Virus record (IMG/VR): IMGVR_UViG_3300034104_003304
Span: 11,860-75,859 of that record
Direction: 5' to 3' (one strand)
Source: a virus
Length of the DNA: 64,000 bases
In this document: positions 28,339 to 39,584 of the stretch, in pieces
Numbering within the stretch: the first letter of the stretch is position 1
How the letters are laid out: every line of letters begins with the position of its first letter
The notes under the pieces: generated by a model
What the model was told of the DNA's origin: nothing
The model's input: only the letters and a program-made list of their open reading frames with translations
Database searches by the model: none
Position numbers and translations under genes: made by a program

Positions 28339-28470
28339 TGTAAGTCCGTTGCCCGTAAGGGTTTACGGCAAGCGGGGCCGGGGATATTTGATATAAATCC
28401 TTATTTGATAATGGTTTACGTCAAATCTAAAAGTGACTGAACGTAAGTCGTTTGTTCTCAAGTACTTGCG
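28339..28470. repeat. 82-bp element, copy 10, plus an extra single arm (28442-28470)
   Basis: Arms at 28339, 28392 and 28442. Confidence 0.85.
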
Positions 28471-28516
28471 TCGAGTGTGTCGATATGGTATGATAGAAGC
28501 ATAGGAGGATGATAAA

Positions 28517-28837
28517 ATGGATAATCTAGGCAATATGGGTAGTCTGAGCGGTCTGGGAATTACCGTTCGGGGTGCGGATGTATCACCTAATATATTGGGG
28601 TCAAGTTATGGAGATACAGTCAGCGAGATTTCAAAAAATAATAATATTGGAAGTTTGGTAAAATGGGAGAATGAAAATAAGAAAGAGATTGTATGGATGC
28701 TAACAGATAAACCCTATGAGGGAATAGTGGTCCATTCAGATAATCTAATACAGGTAGGAACAACAACCAACCTCAAAGATTATATTTTAAAGCCGTTTAT
28801 TGGAACAGTTAACATACACTCAGCAGTAAAGGAATAA
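28517..28837 (+). CDS. Hypothetical protein
   Basis: RBS AGGAGG. Confidence 0.5.
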   Translation: MDNLGNMGSLSGLGITVRGADVSPNILGSSYGDTVSEISKNNNIGSLVKWENENKKEIVWMLTDKPYEGIVVHSDNLIQVGTTTNLKDYILKPFIGTVNIHSAVKE

Positions 28838-28839
28838 TT

Positions 28840-29160
28840 ATGGCGCGATCAAAGGAAAATCCAAAAACTGAAAACCACCCTCACCGACGAGCATCTGATA
28901 ATGTAGCTTCAGATGATGTGTGCTGCCTACTTTTTAAGCAGGTGCAAAAGCCCGAACATTATATGATGTGCAAGGCCACCAATGTATATGATAATAAATA
29001 TCGTATTAATGTATATACTAAGCACGAAGAAGAGGGGCTATTCAAGCAGCGTATTTCTAATAGCTACTTTGCCAAACTTAATGAAACAGGATCATTAGAA
29101 ATTCTTATGGGCAATGAGCCGCCTGTCGAATCTAAAAATAAGAAGCATAAGATGTGGTAA
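28840..29160 (+). CDS. Hypothetical protein
   Basis: ATNVYDNKYRINVY motif. Confidence 0.6.
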   Translation: MARSKENPKTENHPHRRASDNVASDDVCCLLFKQVQKPEHYMMCKATNVYDNKYRINVYTKHEEEGLFKQRISNSYFAKLNETGSLEILMGNEPPVESKNKKHKMW

Positions 29161-29334
29161 TACTGTCTTAGCTTATTTATTAAGTTCTGGCCTGTACTGG
29201 TAGTCAGTGACAATACACTACTTGACACTTTGTGTAAGTTGTTGTATACTGACTCATGTACTTCCCAAATTAAACAGTTCTGGCCGCTACTGGTAGTCAG
29301 TGAGATTTGTATTTTTACTCTATAGGACATATAT

Positions 29335-29766
29335 ATGAAACTGAAGCGTGGACAAAAACTTTGTAAGAATTGTCAGGAGATTAATGGCGCACGATCACAC
29401 TCTTGTAAAAAGTGTAATTTTGAATTTGTTCCTGCTTCTATAACTAAGAAGAATAAGTTTAAAACTAAGCGCCCCAAGAAGTTTGAAGAGATTGAGGATT
29501 GGAAGTCTCTTGCTGTTGGTGATACTATTAAGGTTATTGGGCGATCTGGTAACTACTATATCAACGACATGGGCGAGCGTATGTACATGAGTGATGCTGG
29601 AATATATACAGTATATAAACATGACTCTAATGGCTTGGTCGTACATAGTTCTAATGGTGGTTACGGGTATATCTATATGGGAGAAGAAGAACAATCTTCA
29701 CTCATAGATAACATGTATCGTAGTCCTCATAAACTAATTAAGGTAAATATGCCCGTTAGAGCATAA
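29335..29766 (+). CDS. Zn-ribbon protein
   Basis: CKNC...CKKC at the N-terminus. Confidence 0.65.
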   Translation: MKLKRGQKLCKNCQEINGARSHSCKKCNFEFVPASITKKNKFKTKRPKKFEEIEDWKSLAVGDTIKVIGRSGNYYINDMGERMYMSDAGIYTVYKHDSNGLVVHSSNGGYGYIYMGEEEQSSLIDNMYRSPHKLIKVNMPVRA

Positions 29767-29862
29767 ACCGTAATATCACCTTTTAACACCATTTTATATA
29801 CTAAAGCGCACCTATTCTGAGACAAATTGGGTCAAAATCGCCCAATTATTATAGGAGATAAT

Positions 29863-30135
29863 ATGGCTACCAAGAAAGAATTCTTAGAATACATGTCTAT
29901 CATATATGATGATATATACGATAGCAATGAAACCTATTCCCTATTTAAATCTATTACTAAGCTCAAAGATAAAAACCAGTTAAACGAGCTACATGATCTA
30001 ACACTCATGACCAAACAGCAGAGACTACAGTATAGATATGTTCTTGCTACTAATGGTAAGGAACTAACGCCCGATCAATTGGACCAATATATAACAACCA
30101 TAGACTATGCTCTACGTAATAGAAAGATCACTTAG
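29863..30135 (+). CDS. Hypothetical protein
   Basis: RBS AGGAG. Confidence 0.55.
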   Translation: MATKKEFLEYMSIIYDDIYDSNETYSLFKSITKLKDKNQLNELHDLTLMTKQQRLQYRYVLATNGKELTPDQLDQYITTIDYALRNRKIT

Positions 30136-30479
30136 ACACTCTATACCTATACTCCCAGTACCTCTTAGAAATCTGATCAATATCGAATATTATTGTATTA
30201 TGTGAAATAGCCACCTTAATATCAATGAATATCCTAACAACCAAAGTCGTATTAGATGTATTCATGTATGGTAGTATACTGTATATATTATTAGTCTTGT
30301 TTTCATGTATAAGTATGATATTAGACGATAAGAAATAACTATCCGTTTTAGGACCATTTTGAGCCACTGTAACACGTATTTTATGGGTTACAAGCCCAAA
30401 GGAAAATATAGAAAAGGGGATTAAGTGGGAATTAAACCCACAAATAAAAAAGAAAAATAACTATTTATGGAGTATCACT

Positions 30480-30722
30480 ATGGAAGATATAAAACAAGAA
30501 ATGAATGTTGTGATACAGGAATTAGAAAAGCAGGGAATAAAACCCAATAGTCATACTGATCCAAATATGACGGGGCTTGGGGATGTGGTAGAAAATACAT
30601 TAAAATCATTAGGGATCACAGAAGAGAAATTCAAAGCTTGGTTTAATCTTAAAGAGTGTAATTGCAGTAAAAGAAAAGCTTGGCTAAATAATCTATTCTC
30701 TTGGAAAAAGAATCAGTCCTAG
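30480..30722 (+). CDS. Small phage protein (GLGD...CNC..RK.WLN)
   Basis: Recognisable phage motif. Confidence 0.65.
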   Translation: MEDIKQEMNVVIQELEKQGIKPNSHTDPNMTGLGDVVENTLKSLGITEEKFKAWFNLKECNCSKRKAWLNNLFSWKKNQS

Positions 30723-30794
30723 AACGTTTTAAGTTGACAAGTGCCTTTACCGATGTATAATAGGGTAGAGGCACTTATTATTTTGAGGTACAAT

Positions 30795-31706
30795 ATGAAA
30801 TTTGGATTATGCTGTATAAGTCTTAATTTGCAGGAACTAGACGAACCCGTTAAGTTCCAAACCATGACATTTAAAAGATTCTCTAGTCTGCCCAGACAAG
30901 AAGCATTGTCTATCTTGGGCGACCGTATTCTTAATAATATGGAGACTACCAATAAAATCATCCAATATTGTGGTGATAATAACTATGTTTATAGGATTAG
31001 TAGTGATCTATTTCCTCTTATTACTTATGATGAAGCTAACATTGAACTAGAAGACTTACCAAATTATGATGATATTCAAGACTCTTTTGATAGTATCGCA
31101 CAGACTATTGCCACTACTAATGTTCGCATTTCTTGTCATCCTAGTGAATTTAATGTTTTGGCATCCCTTAATAGCAAAGCCGTTGACAAAACCATTACAG
31201 AACTTAACTTCTATTCTTCATTCATGGACCGCATTGGATGTCCAGCAGACTATAGATCCCCAATGAACATCCACGTTCATAATAAGACCGGTACTTACAA
31301 CGAAATACTAAACCGATTCATTACCAATTGTGATCGTCTTGATAGTAATTGCAGGAATAGGCTTGTGCTAGAAAATGATGACAAGTTGGGCGGCTGGAGC
31401 GTTATAGAGCTAATTCATCAAATTCATGACATAACAGCTATTCCTATTACATTTGATTATTTACACCATGCCTGTCATCCTAACGGTATAGATGAGGAAC
31501 GGGCTATAAACGCTTGCTATAGGTCATGGGATGGCTATAAACCATTGTTCCACTATAGTGAAAGTCGCCCCGGTAATAATCCACGGGCACACGCTGACTA
31601 CGCCAATAATATATTCAATACATATGGTCTTGATTTTGATATAGACTTTGAACTAAAGATGAAAGATAAAGCTATAGAAAAATATAATCAACTGATTACA
31701 GTTTAA
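30795..31706 (+). CDS. uvsE: UV damage endonuclease
   Basis: GLCCI, YRISSDLFP, HPSEF, ENDDK, FDYLHH, HYSES, HAD, ELKMKD. Confidence 0.92.
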   Translation: MKFGLCCISLNLQELDEPVKFQTMTFKRFSSLPRQEALSILGDRILNNMETTNKIIQYCGDNNYVYRISSDLFPLITYDEANIELEDLPNYDDIQDSFDSIAQTIATTNVRISCHPSEFNVLASLNSKAVDKTITELNFYSSFMDRIGCPADYRSPMNIHVHNKTGTYNEILNRFITNCDRLDSNCRNRLVLENDDKLGGWSVIELIHQIHDITAIPITFDYLHHACHPNGIDEERAINACYRSWDGYKPLFHYSESRPGNNPRAHADYANNIFNTYGLDFDIDFELKMKDKAIEKYNQLITV

Positions 31707-33344
31707 GGAGACATTATGGATAATCTAGTTAAAATTAAAAATCTAACATTGGCAGCTAAACATCTTGGAAGAGATATTGCTAAACAAAGAAAAATACCAA
31801 TGTGCAAATTCAAAGAATATATAACAGTAAAAGAAGTTAAAAATATAATTAGACAGTTTGGCTTACAGGATGAAGATGGAAGTATCCTAATAAACTATAA
31901 AATTCTTCATAAAATATGCGAAGAAATAAATGTATGGGTATTAGGAATTGAATTATCTAAATTAGCAGCTTTAGATTCTATTGAAACTTATTGGGATGAT
32001 GAAAGAAATTGTATGGTATTCTCTTATAAAAAGGATTAAAGATGGCAAAGAAACTCTATAAGGCTCCAAAGCATTTTACAGGACACGTTGTAACAACCAA
32101 AACTCATTTTGGATCAACCGCAGATATGGTTGTTGACCATTCAGCATTTAAAAATGTTACTATTAATGAAGGACAGGTTCTATGTAAAGATGATTCTGGT
32201 TATTATATCACTCTGCTTAATCGTATTAATGATGGTCTAGCAGACCCAAATAGGTATGCAAATATTTCACAGCGAATTATCGTTGAAGAGGAACAAACGG
32301 AAGAAGTTTCCTCAAGCACTTGACAGTACAATGACGATACTGTACAATGGCATAACACTTAGGAGAAATAACATGACTTGGCGAGAATTGATAGCTTATA
32401 TAGCAAAACAGGCAGAAAACCAAGAACCTGACTTTTTGGATTCTGATATTAAAGTTTACGATTTCAATGATGGGTCAGAGTATGAAGCTAATGTGACAGA
32501 ATTATTGTTTGGAGAAGATGAAGAAACGGGATGGGTTCCGTATTTGACTATCAATCATGAAGGAGATGAGAATGACAACCAAAGCGAAACTGAGAAAGCA
32601 AGTATCGATTGATTTTCTTACACACACAAAGAATACGATTAATGACATGCTCGGAACTCGTATTCCTCAGTCTACTAAACAAAAGCTTTGCATTCTAATG
32701 GAAAAGCTATTAGCGGAAACTAAAAGCTACGAAGGGTTTAAGTATCTTTATTGGAGCAGATATGGTTGTTTGGATTGGGAAGAAGCTAAATTGAAGGGTG
32801 TTTATAAAACTGTACCAGCAGAATATATAACTGGACCCGATGATACTGGTAAGTTGGATTTTGTGCATGATATACAAGGTGAATACTCTAGGCTTTACAT
32901 TTAAAGGAGAATACTATGGACCGTTTTGATTTGGAAGATCAGATTATGAAGTCGGAAAATATTGCTGATGAGCTTGAAATGATTTCTTGTGCTATGCTGG
33001 AAGAGCAGATTACTCCAGATGAACTATCTAATGCTTTGATCGGCTTGGCTACGATTCATAGGATTAGGAACAAGCAGTTGTTTGAATGTTTTAAGAATGT
33101 TCTTGAACTTGATGAATATAGTCCTAACTTTTATGGTAGCGAAAAGTGACTTGGACAGAAGTTAGGAAATGGGCTAAAGACCAAGGGTACTCAGCGACGA
33201 AAAGCGATGGGTACTCTTGGTTCAAGCTTGACAACCCAGAACGATGTGGTAAAACTACAAGCGTAAGCAAGTTGGCATTTGCAATATATAACGATCTAAC
33301 CGACAATAAATGGTTAGACTATCAAATAGCATACAAGGAAAAAT

Positions 33345-34658
33345 ATGAGCCACCAAAGTTTTGAGCATCTTTATGGTTTTGTTCGTGATCTTAGGGCCAC
33401 CAGTAGCACTCTTGATAAAGTAGATATTATTAAAGATTATGCCGCCCACAATAATGAGGGTGCCTACTTTATTAAAAAGATTTTGCTTTATACTTACCAT
33501 CCTCTTTGGCAGTATAATGTTACAAGTGATAATCTTAAAAAGAAAAGTCACTTGCGTGGTAATGTTTACGAGTCCATATTTGATTTGCTTAACGCTCTAA
33601 AGAATAGAACTATCACGGGACATGATGCTATCGGTGCCGTTAATAGTTTTATTGATAATCAAAGAGAATATGAAGAACTCATTCACTGTATTATTGATAA
33701 AGATTTGAAAACTAGGGCTGGTGATAAGCTTATTAATAAAGCTCTTCCAGATTTTATTCCTACGTTTAGCGTTGCGTTGGCAGATAAGTATGTTCCTAAA
33801 ATTGTAAATTGGAAGGATGGTTGGTATGCTAGTCGTAAAATTGATGGGGCTAGGTGTATTGCTATTGTTGATGATAAAGGCAACTCAACTTTCTACTCTA
33901 GAACGGGAAAGGTGTTTGACACACTTAACGTCGTGCATGATGCTATTCGCTCTATGGGACTTGTTAACGTAGTCCTAGATGGTGAACTGTGCTTAGTCGA
34001 TGAAGATGGAGTAGAGGACTTTCAAGGAGTAATGAAAGAACTTCGTAAGAAAGACCATATCATCCCCAATCCTGTATATAAAATATTTGATATGCTTACC
34101 CATGATGAGTTTTATTCCCAAAAGGGTAGTAGCAGTAGGCCATTTAGTATTAGAGTTAAAGACTTGGAATACGTAATGGCACAAGATAATAAGAACAAGT
34201 GCTTAGTTCAGCTTGAACAGACCGTTATTAAAGATGAATATCATTTCCAAGAACTTGTAAAAGAGGCTAGTAATAAGGGCTGGGAAGGTCTAATGTTAAG
34301 GGCTGATGAGCCATACAAGGGTAAGCGTAGTAAAGATTTGCTTAAGTATAAAACGTTTTTTGACGATGAATATACAGTAGAAAATGTTTCATTCGGGCCA
34401 TTTCGTTATGTTAAAGATGGTCAAGAGTGCGAAGAAATTATGCTATCAAATATAACTATAGACCATAAGGGATATAAGGTCGATGTTGGTAGTGGATTTA
34501 CTATCGAAGAAAGACAAGCATTTTATAAAGATAAGAGTAAAATTCTTAACAAAACCGTAACAATTCAATATTTCGAAGAGACAGAGAATCAAGAAGGTGG
34601 AATTAGCCTAAGATTTCCCACATTGAAGATGATACATGGTCAAGAAAGGGATATTTAA
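33345..34658 (+). CDS. lig: ATP-dependent DNA ligase
   Basis: SRKIDGARC, LDGEL, EGLMLR, Y.GKRS..LLKYK, VGSGFT, SLRFP. Confidence 0.95.
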   Translation: MSHQSFEHLYGFVRDLRATSSTLDKVDIIKDYAAHNNEGAYFIKKILLYTYHPLWQYNVTSDNLKKKSHLRGNVYESIFDLLNALKNRTITGHDAIGAVNSFIDNQREYEELIHCIIDKDLKTRAGDKLINKALPDFIPTFSVALADKYVPKIVNWKDGWYASRKIDGARCIAIVDDKGNSTFYSRTGKVFDTLNVVHDAIRSMGLVNVVLDGELCLVDEDGVEDFQGVMKELRKKDHIIPNPVYKIFDMLTHDEFYSQKGSSSRPFSIRVKDLEYVMAQDNKNKCLVQLEQTVIKDEYHFQELVKEASNKGWEGLMLRADEPYKGKRSKDLLKYKTFFDDEYTVENVSFGPFRYVKDGQECEEIMLSNITIDHKGYKVDVGSGFTIEERQAFYKDKSKILNKTVTIQYFEETENQEGGISLRFPTLKMIHGQERDI

Positions 34659-34724
34659 CAATATAGATAGTGTATAATAATATGTAAATCATTCCCGCCA
34701 CTCCTTCCTCACCGGAGAATTTAA

Positions 34725-35159
34725 ATGATTAAGATTATTATACGCTCTATCCTATATCCTTGGTTTATTCTATTTGCTGGCGTTTGTTTGGGATTTATTT
34801 GTAATTCAGAATACGTTGGACAAAAAGCTGTAGTTATTGAAAGATCTATCAATAATATCTTTTTTCCCATCGAATATGATGAGAATATAGAACAGTATGT
34901 CAAATGGATGGGTAGCAATAGAATACATTCTGAATTGGGTTATCCAGCAGATTTTGAAATACTTGAAGAATTAGTTAAGGGTGAAGAATATTATTGGGCT
35001 ATAGCACAATATACAGATGTAAAAACTGGACAAAAAATTAAAACTGTTGTTAGTACCAAAGTTAGATGGAAGCCTTGGGAGTATAACTATCATACTAGAA
35101 AAATTGAAGAGATAATGGAGAAAAAAAATGAATCAAGAATTGCAAGACAAACTAATTAA
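34725..35159 (+). CDS. Membrane hypothetical protein
   Basis: N-terminal TM segment. Confidence 0.55.
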   Translation: MIKIIIRSILYPWFILFAGVCLGFICNSEYVGQKAVVIERSINNIFFPIEYDENIEQYVKWMGSNRIHSELGYPADFEILEELVKGEEYYWAIAQYTDVKTGQKIKTVVSTKVRWKPWEYNYHTRKIEEIMEKKNESRIARQTN

Positions 35160-35538
35160 GAAATATCCAGAACAGTTTAAAAATATAAAGTGGATAGAGA
35201 TTGAGGATGGTTGGTATGATCTATTGGATAGACTGTGCCACCTAATTAAAAATGAACTGGATCACAAAGCTAGAATAAATGAACCACTAAATGATTTTGG
35301 ATGGCAGCAGATCAAAGAAAAATTTGGTGGACTAAGAGCTTATGCTTTTGGCGGCAATGATCGTATTGATGGGGCTATAAGTATGGCAGAGAGTATTAGT
35401 TATAGTATTTGTGAATTCACGGGTGAAAAAGGTAAACCAAGAAAGAAAAAGAAGGATGAAGTAACTGGAAAGATTATTCCAGCGTGGATTAAAACCCTTT
35501 CAGATGAGGAAGCGGAAAGACAAGGATATATACTATGA
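35128..35538 (+). CDS. Conserved phage protein (QIKEKFGGLR)
   Basis: DGW...QIKEKFGGLR...ICE..G motif. Confidence 0.75.
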   Translation: MNQELQDKLIKKYPEQFKNIKWIEIEDGWYDLLDRLCHLIKNELDHKARINEPLNDFGWQQIKEKFGGLRAYAFGGNDRIDGAISMAESISYSICEFTGEKGKPRKKKKDEVTGKIIPAWIKTLSDEEAERQGYIL

Positions 35539-36046
35539 GCAAACCAGAAAGTTATTGGAATCATAGAGTAATGATGACTGTTACTCCTATAGTTCATATG
35601 GATGATTCTATAACGTATGGTATTCACGAAGTATATTATCGTGGAGATAAAGTCATTGGCTGGACAGATACTCCAGTTGAAATAGTAGAAGAATCTTTGA
35701 AAGATCTTAAAAAAACATTGAAAAATATGCTTGACGCTTGCAAATTGCCAGTTCTTGATTCTATAACGGGAGAAGAAATATGAAAGCCACATTGACATTT
35801 AATTTACCAGAAGAACAAATAGAATTTGATACTGCCATCCAAGCTAGCGCAGCAAAGAGTATGCTATGGGATTTTGCACAGCAGCTTCGTTCTTGGCAAA
35901 AACATCACAATGATTTTACAAGTAGCAATGATGCTTTGGATAAAATAAGAGAAGAATTCTATAAACTGCTCAACGAACACAATGTCAACATTGACTAAAG
36001 AAAACGCTTGACACTTGACGATTGATAGAGTATAATTAGGATGTAC

Positions 36047-36316
36047 GGGGGCTTAGACCAACGGCAGAGTCAAAGGACTTATACAATTTGAGTGCTTAAG
36101 GAGAAATCTTTAAAGTAGAACCTGTCAAATTCGGTGAAGGCTTAACTGCTAATACCGAGCCAAGCCTAGAAATAGGAAGGTGTAGAGACTTTACGGCAGG
36201 AACCTAAAGTTAATAACTATGGTTAAGATAAAGTCCAGACCACAAACAGAAATGGTAGTGAAAACTATAGTGGTAAGAAAATCCTTAAAGTATCGGTTCG
36301 AATCCGATAGCCCCTA
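36047..36316 (+). tRNA. trnL: tRNA-Leu(UAA) interrupted by a group I intron (exons 36047-36080 and 36278-36316)
   Basis: Spliced sequence gives a 73-nt cloverleaf with a CT TAA AA anticodon loop. Confidence 0.88.
36081..36277 (+). ncRNA. Group I intron (trnL/IC3-like, 197 nt)
   Basis: CAAATTCGGTGAA, ATACCGAGCCAAG, GGTGTAGAGACT and GATAAAGTCC core motifs; terminal G; inserted at U^AA. Confidence 0.9.
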
Positions 36317-36601
36317 CTTATTTTTTCCGCGATAGTTATCAGTTAGTGCATGACAATTAGGACATAATAAAGTTAGATTTGAAAGTTCATTATTAAAATG
36401 ATCACCGTCTATGTGATGTAATTCTAAAGGAATATCTTTTTCTAACCAAGTTGTTTGTTTACAGTTATAGCATTTACGTTCAAAAACATTTTCTGAAATC
36501 AAACGTTTTGGTTCACTATTAATAGAAAGAAACTTGAAGAGATGGTTAATTTTATTGACCAATACTTGATGGATAACTAATGCAAAAAGATCACAATACA
36601 A
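36314..36601 (-). pseudogene. HNH endonuclease, probably 5'-truncated
   Basis: CYNC...LELHHIDGDHFNNELSNLTLLCPNCHA; no good start/RBS; opposes the local transcription direction. Confidence 0.7.
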
Positions 36602-37081
36602 TAATACCCTTAGTTGGCGGTCCTTTGTGTGGGGAAAGCCTTACAATGAAAGATGGTAGAATATCAAATAGCGTTCCTGTCTTTAACAAAGGAAAATTTT
36701 ACATCTACAATCTTTTTGTAGAACAAACTGAAGATTGGACTACTATGTATTATGAATATTCTAATGAAGTAGTGGAGATTAATAACACATGAAAACATAT
36801 AAAAATAAGACTGTTAAAGCTCATGATAAAACTTTTTGTGATTGCTGCGGCAAGCAGTGTACGGACGATTACTACAACGAACATGAAAATGCTACACTAG
36901 AAGCTGTTTGGGGCTATAATAGTGGGAGCGATGGTAAGAAATTTGAGATTGAACTGTGCGAAGATTGTTTCTATCAAACAGTTCAATTCTTGAAAGAGAA
37001 AAGATTCTCTCATTTTGAAGCAGAGTTTAATGAGGAATGGGGGCTTGGACAAAATGACCCATTCGATGGAGTATTGTACTA

Positions 37082-37483
37082 ATGAATATCAAACACGATT
37101 CAATAACCAAAACTAAAAATGTTGAAAAACTATTCTCTGAAAAAGATGGAGTAAACATAAGATATGTTTGTACCACAGAATTTAATAGTATGATAGCCGA
37201 TATTTTCTACAGAGAAACCGCCCACCCAAAATTTGGTAATAAGTATTTTGCTATATATTTTCGTAGCGATGATCCATATATTGCTAATGCTGACAGTGTT
37301 GAGAAGCTAAAATTTGGAATGGTAGAAAATGATGCTGGCGAGCTAGAATATAGCACAAGCCGACACGACTATAAAACATTTGAAAATGGCAACATGATTG
37401 ATGGTGGAAGAGATTATATTCGATCATCTGGCAGTGTTAAAGTTTTTGCGGTTCGTAATGGGATTATGAAACACGATGAATAA
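37082..37483 (+). CDS. Hypothetical phage protein
   Basis: YSTSRHDY...MIDGGRDY motif. Confidence 0.7.
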   Translation: MNIKHDSITKTKNVEKLFSEKDGVNIRYVCTTEFNSMIADIFYRETAHPKFGNKYFAIYFRSDDPYIANADSVEKLKFGMVENDAGELEYSTSRHDYKTFENGNMIDGGRDYIRSSGSVKVFAVRNGIMKHDE

Positions 37484-38519
37484 TCTAATACAAAAATGGC
37501 TAATATGGAATAAACAAAAACAAAAGTTTATTACCAGTGGCCCGTTTCAATATACCACCGATCCTAATTTAGCACGATTATATCATAACTATTCCGATGC
37601 TCTCATGGCTTGTCAGAATGTTTATGATAAAAATTATGATATACAACATTATCCTATTGAACTAAGAATGCACTTCAATGTAGATACTCTTATAGGGCAA
37701 GAATCATGAGCGAAGAACTGCCAGATAGTAAAATTCCTTGGTTTGACAATGAGTACGAAGGAGTGTATAGTGATGATCCAGAACATGGATACCCATATGA
37801 TATGGGAACAAAAGTACAGGAATAACTATGCTTAAAAACAAGAACCCGATGTTTGATATGGACAATTATATCAATCAGTTACAAAAGACTATTGATCAAC
37901 AGAAATATATCATAGACTCTCTTAAGACTGAGATTAAAACTCAAAGAAAAGAAATAGCAGCACTACGTGAAGAGCGTAGACATTTTCTTAAAGATGATCA
38001 ACCACCAAATTTTGACTATAACCCATTAATTGAGTAAATTATTATGAATGAAAATGCTACACCATTGGATGCTATAATTGATTTTGCTTTGAAGTCTGGC
38101 GCTAGTTTATTTATTACAAACAACGCCAAAGATGAACTAAAGAAACTGCGTGAAGAGGTCGATAATCTTCGTAGTCAGCTTGACAAACCAGTAGCATGGG
38201 CTAGAATGAATAAACGAGGAGACTTGTATGATCTTAGACTCTGTTTAAACCCATACATCAACCCTCAAGAAATCGTACCACTTTACGCAAACAGAAAAGG
38301 ATATAACAATGAAACTTGAAGTTTATAGCATTGGCAGCAAGGTTAAGCTGGCAGAAGACGTTTATGGAACTATAAATAGTATTGCTATTCATGGTGATAA
38401 TAGCGTAACATATGAATGCGGATGGTGGAATGGTCGCTCATACGATACTAGGTGGTTTTATAATGATCAAATTGAAGTAACAATTGCTGAAAAGACAAAA
38501 ATAGGTTTTGCTTGAAAGC

Positions 38520-38591
38520 GGCCCCATAGTTAAATGGATATAACGAGTGATTTCTAATCTCTAATTGCAGGTTCGATTCCTGCTGGGGCTA
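38520..38591 (+). tRNA. trnR: tRNA-Arg(UCU)
   Basis: GGCCCCA/TGGGGCT acceptor, TT TCT AA loop, GTTCGATT. Confidence 0.85.
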
Positions 38592-38899
38592 TTAATAAAT
38601 ATGTTTGAACCAGAATGGATGGAATACTTTAAAACAGAAGCACCTTTCTCATACTACTGCATTTTATTTTTACAGTTTTTGATAACGGTATTGTCTTATT
38701 TTTCATACGTTGTATTATTAGCTGTTATTGCTGTTCCGATATTTATGCTTTATTCTGGCACCAAAGCAATTAAAATTAAACTAGTAGAAGACAAGCATCA
38801 TAAAAAATTACGCAAAGAAAAAGAAAAGCATCAAGAGATTCACCAAAAATTATATTTTGACCACTTGGATAAAAATATAAACAAGAAGAAAAAACACTA

Positions 38900-39181
38900 A
38901 TGAAGATACAAACAATAGCAACATATGAGTATGATCTTGTGCGTACTTGTTTTGCTTGCCCAGAACAATACGAAGTATATGATAAAAATAATAAACGAGT
39001 TGGGTATCTCAGACTCAGGCATGGAGAATTCACAGCGGAGTATCCATACTGTGGCGGGAAAACAGTTTATGAGTCATATCCAGATGGAGATGGAGTTTTT
39101 AAAGAATACGAAAGAATGTTTGAACTAACAAAAGCTATAGAAGCAATTCATGCACAGCTAGTTATAGATAATAAAATATGA
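38900..39181 (+). CDS. Conserved phage protein (ACPEQY...GYLRLRHG)
   Basis: Recognisable motif. Confidence 0.7.
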   Translation: MKIQTIATYEYDLVRTCFACPEQYEVYDKNNKRVGYLRLRHGEFTAEYPYCGGKTVYESYPDGDGVFKEYERMFELTKAIEAIHAQLVIDNKI

Positions 39182-39326
39182 TAGCACAAGTTTCTATAGT
39201 TCGTCGCCCAATATGTCCAACGTTTATTCATGACGATACTTCAAGAATATTAATATCTATTATTGGAATAATTATTTGTTTGATTATATTTGTAAAATTG
39301 TTTCGATCTATAAGTAAGGAGTAAAT

Positions 39327-39584
39327 ATGCACCACATCAGCACGGTAGACGATCTTAGGCATTTGGGATATAAGGTACGTGTTATGCACTTCCGCGAACG
39401 TGATCAGTACGGTCACTATAAAACAAAGGGTGGAAAGACTATTGTTACAATTACCGATAATGATGGTCATACATCTCAAGGTACTGCTAGATGCTCCAAT
39501 AGCGATGGTTTTAATAAAAAACTTGGTGTTAAAATTGCTATTGGTAGAGCTTTGTTTAGTGAAGAATCTTTTGTAAATAAGTAA
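39327..39584 (+). CDS. Phage protein (G.A.CS..D.FNKK.G..IA..RA)
   Basis: Recognisable motif. Confidence 0.65.
   Translation: MHHISTVDDLRHLGYKVRVMHFRERDQYGHYKTKGGKTIVTITDNDGHTSQGTARCSNSDGFNKKLGVKIAIGRALFSEESFVNK

Noticed and set aside
12427..28470. Repeat elements as a CRISPR array
   Set aside because: Copies are 1-2.7 kb apart with genes between them, and there are no cas genes in the window
12427..28470. Repeat elements as intrinsic terminators or dif sites
   Set aside because: Arms are AT-rich with unpaired N4 positions and no U-tract; no match to XerC/XerD arms
29770..30470. AT-rich, low-coding stretch as replication origin
   Set aside because: No convincing iterons or DnaA boxes seen
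38565..38600. N-terminal extension of ORF 38565-38900
   Set aside because: Overlaps tRNA-Arg; the likely start is ATG 38601
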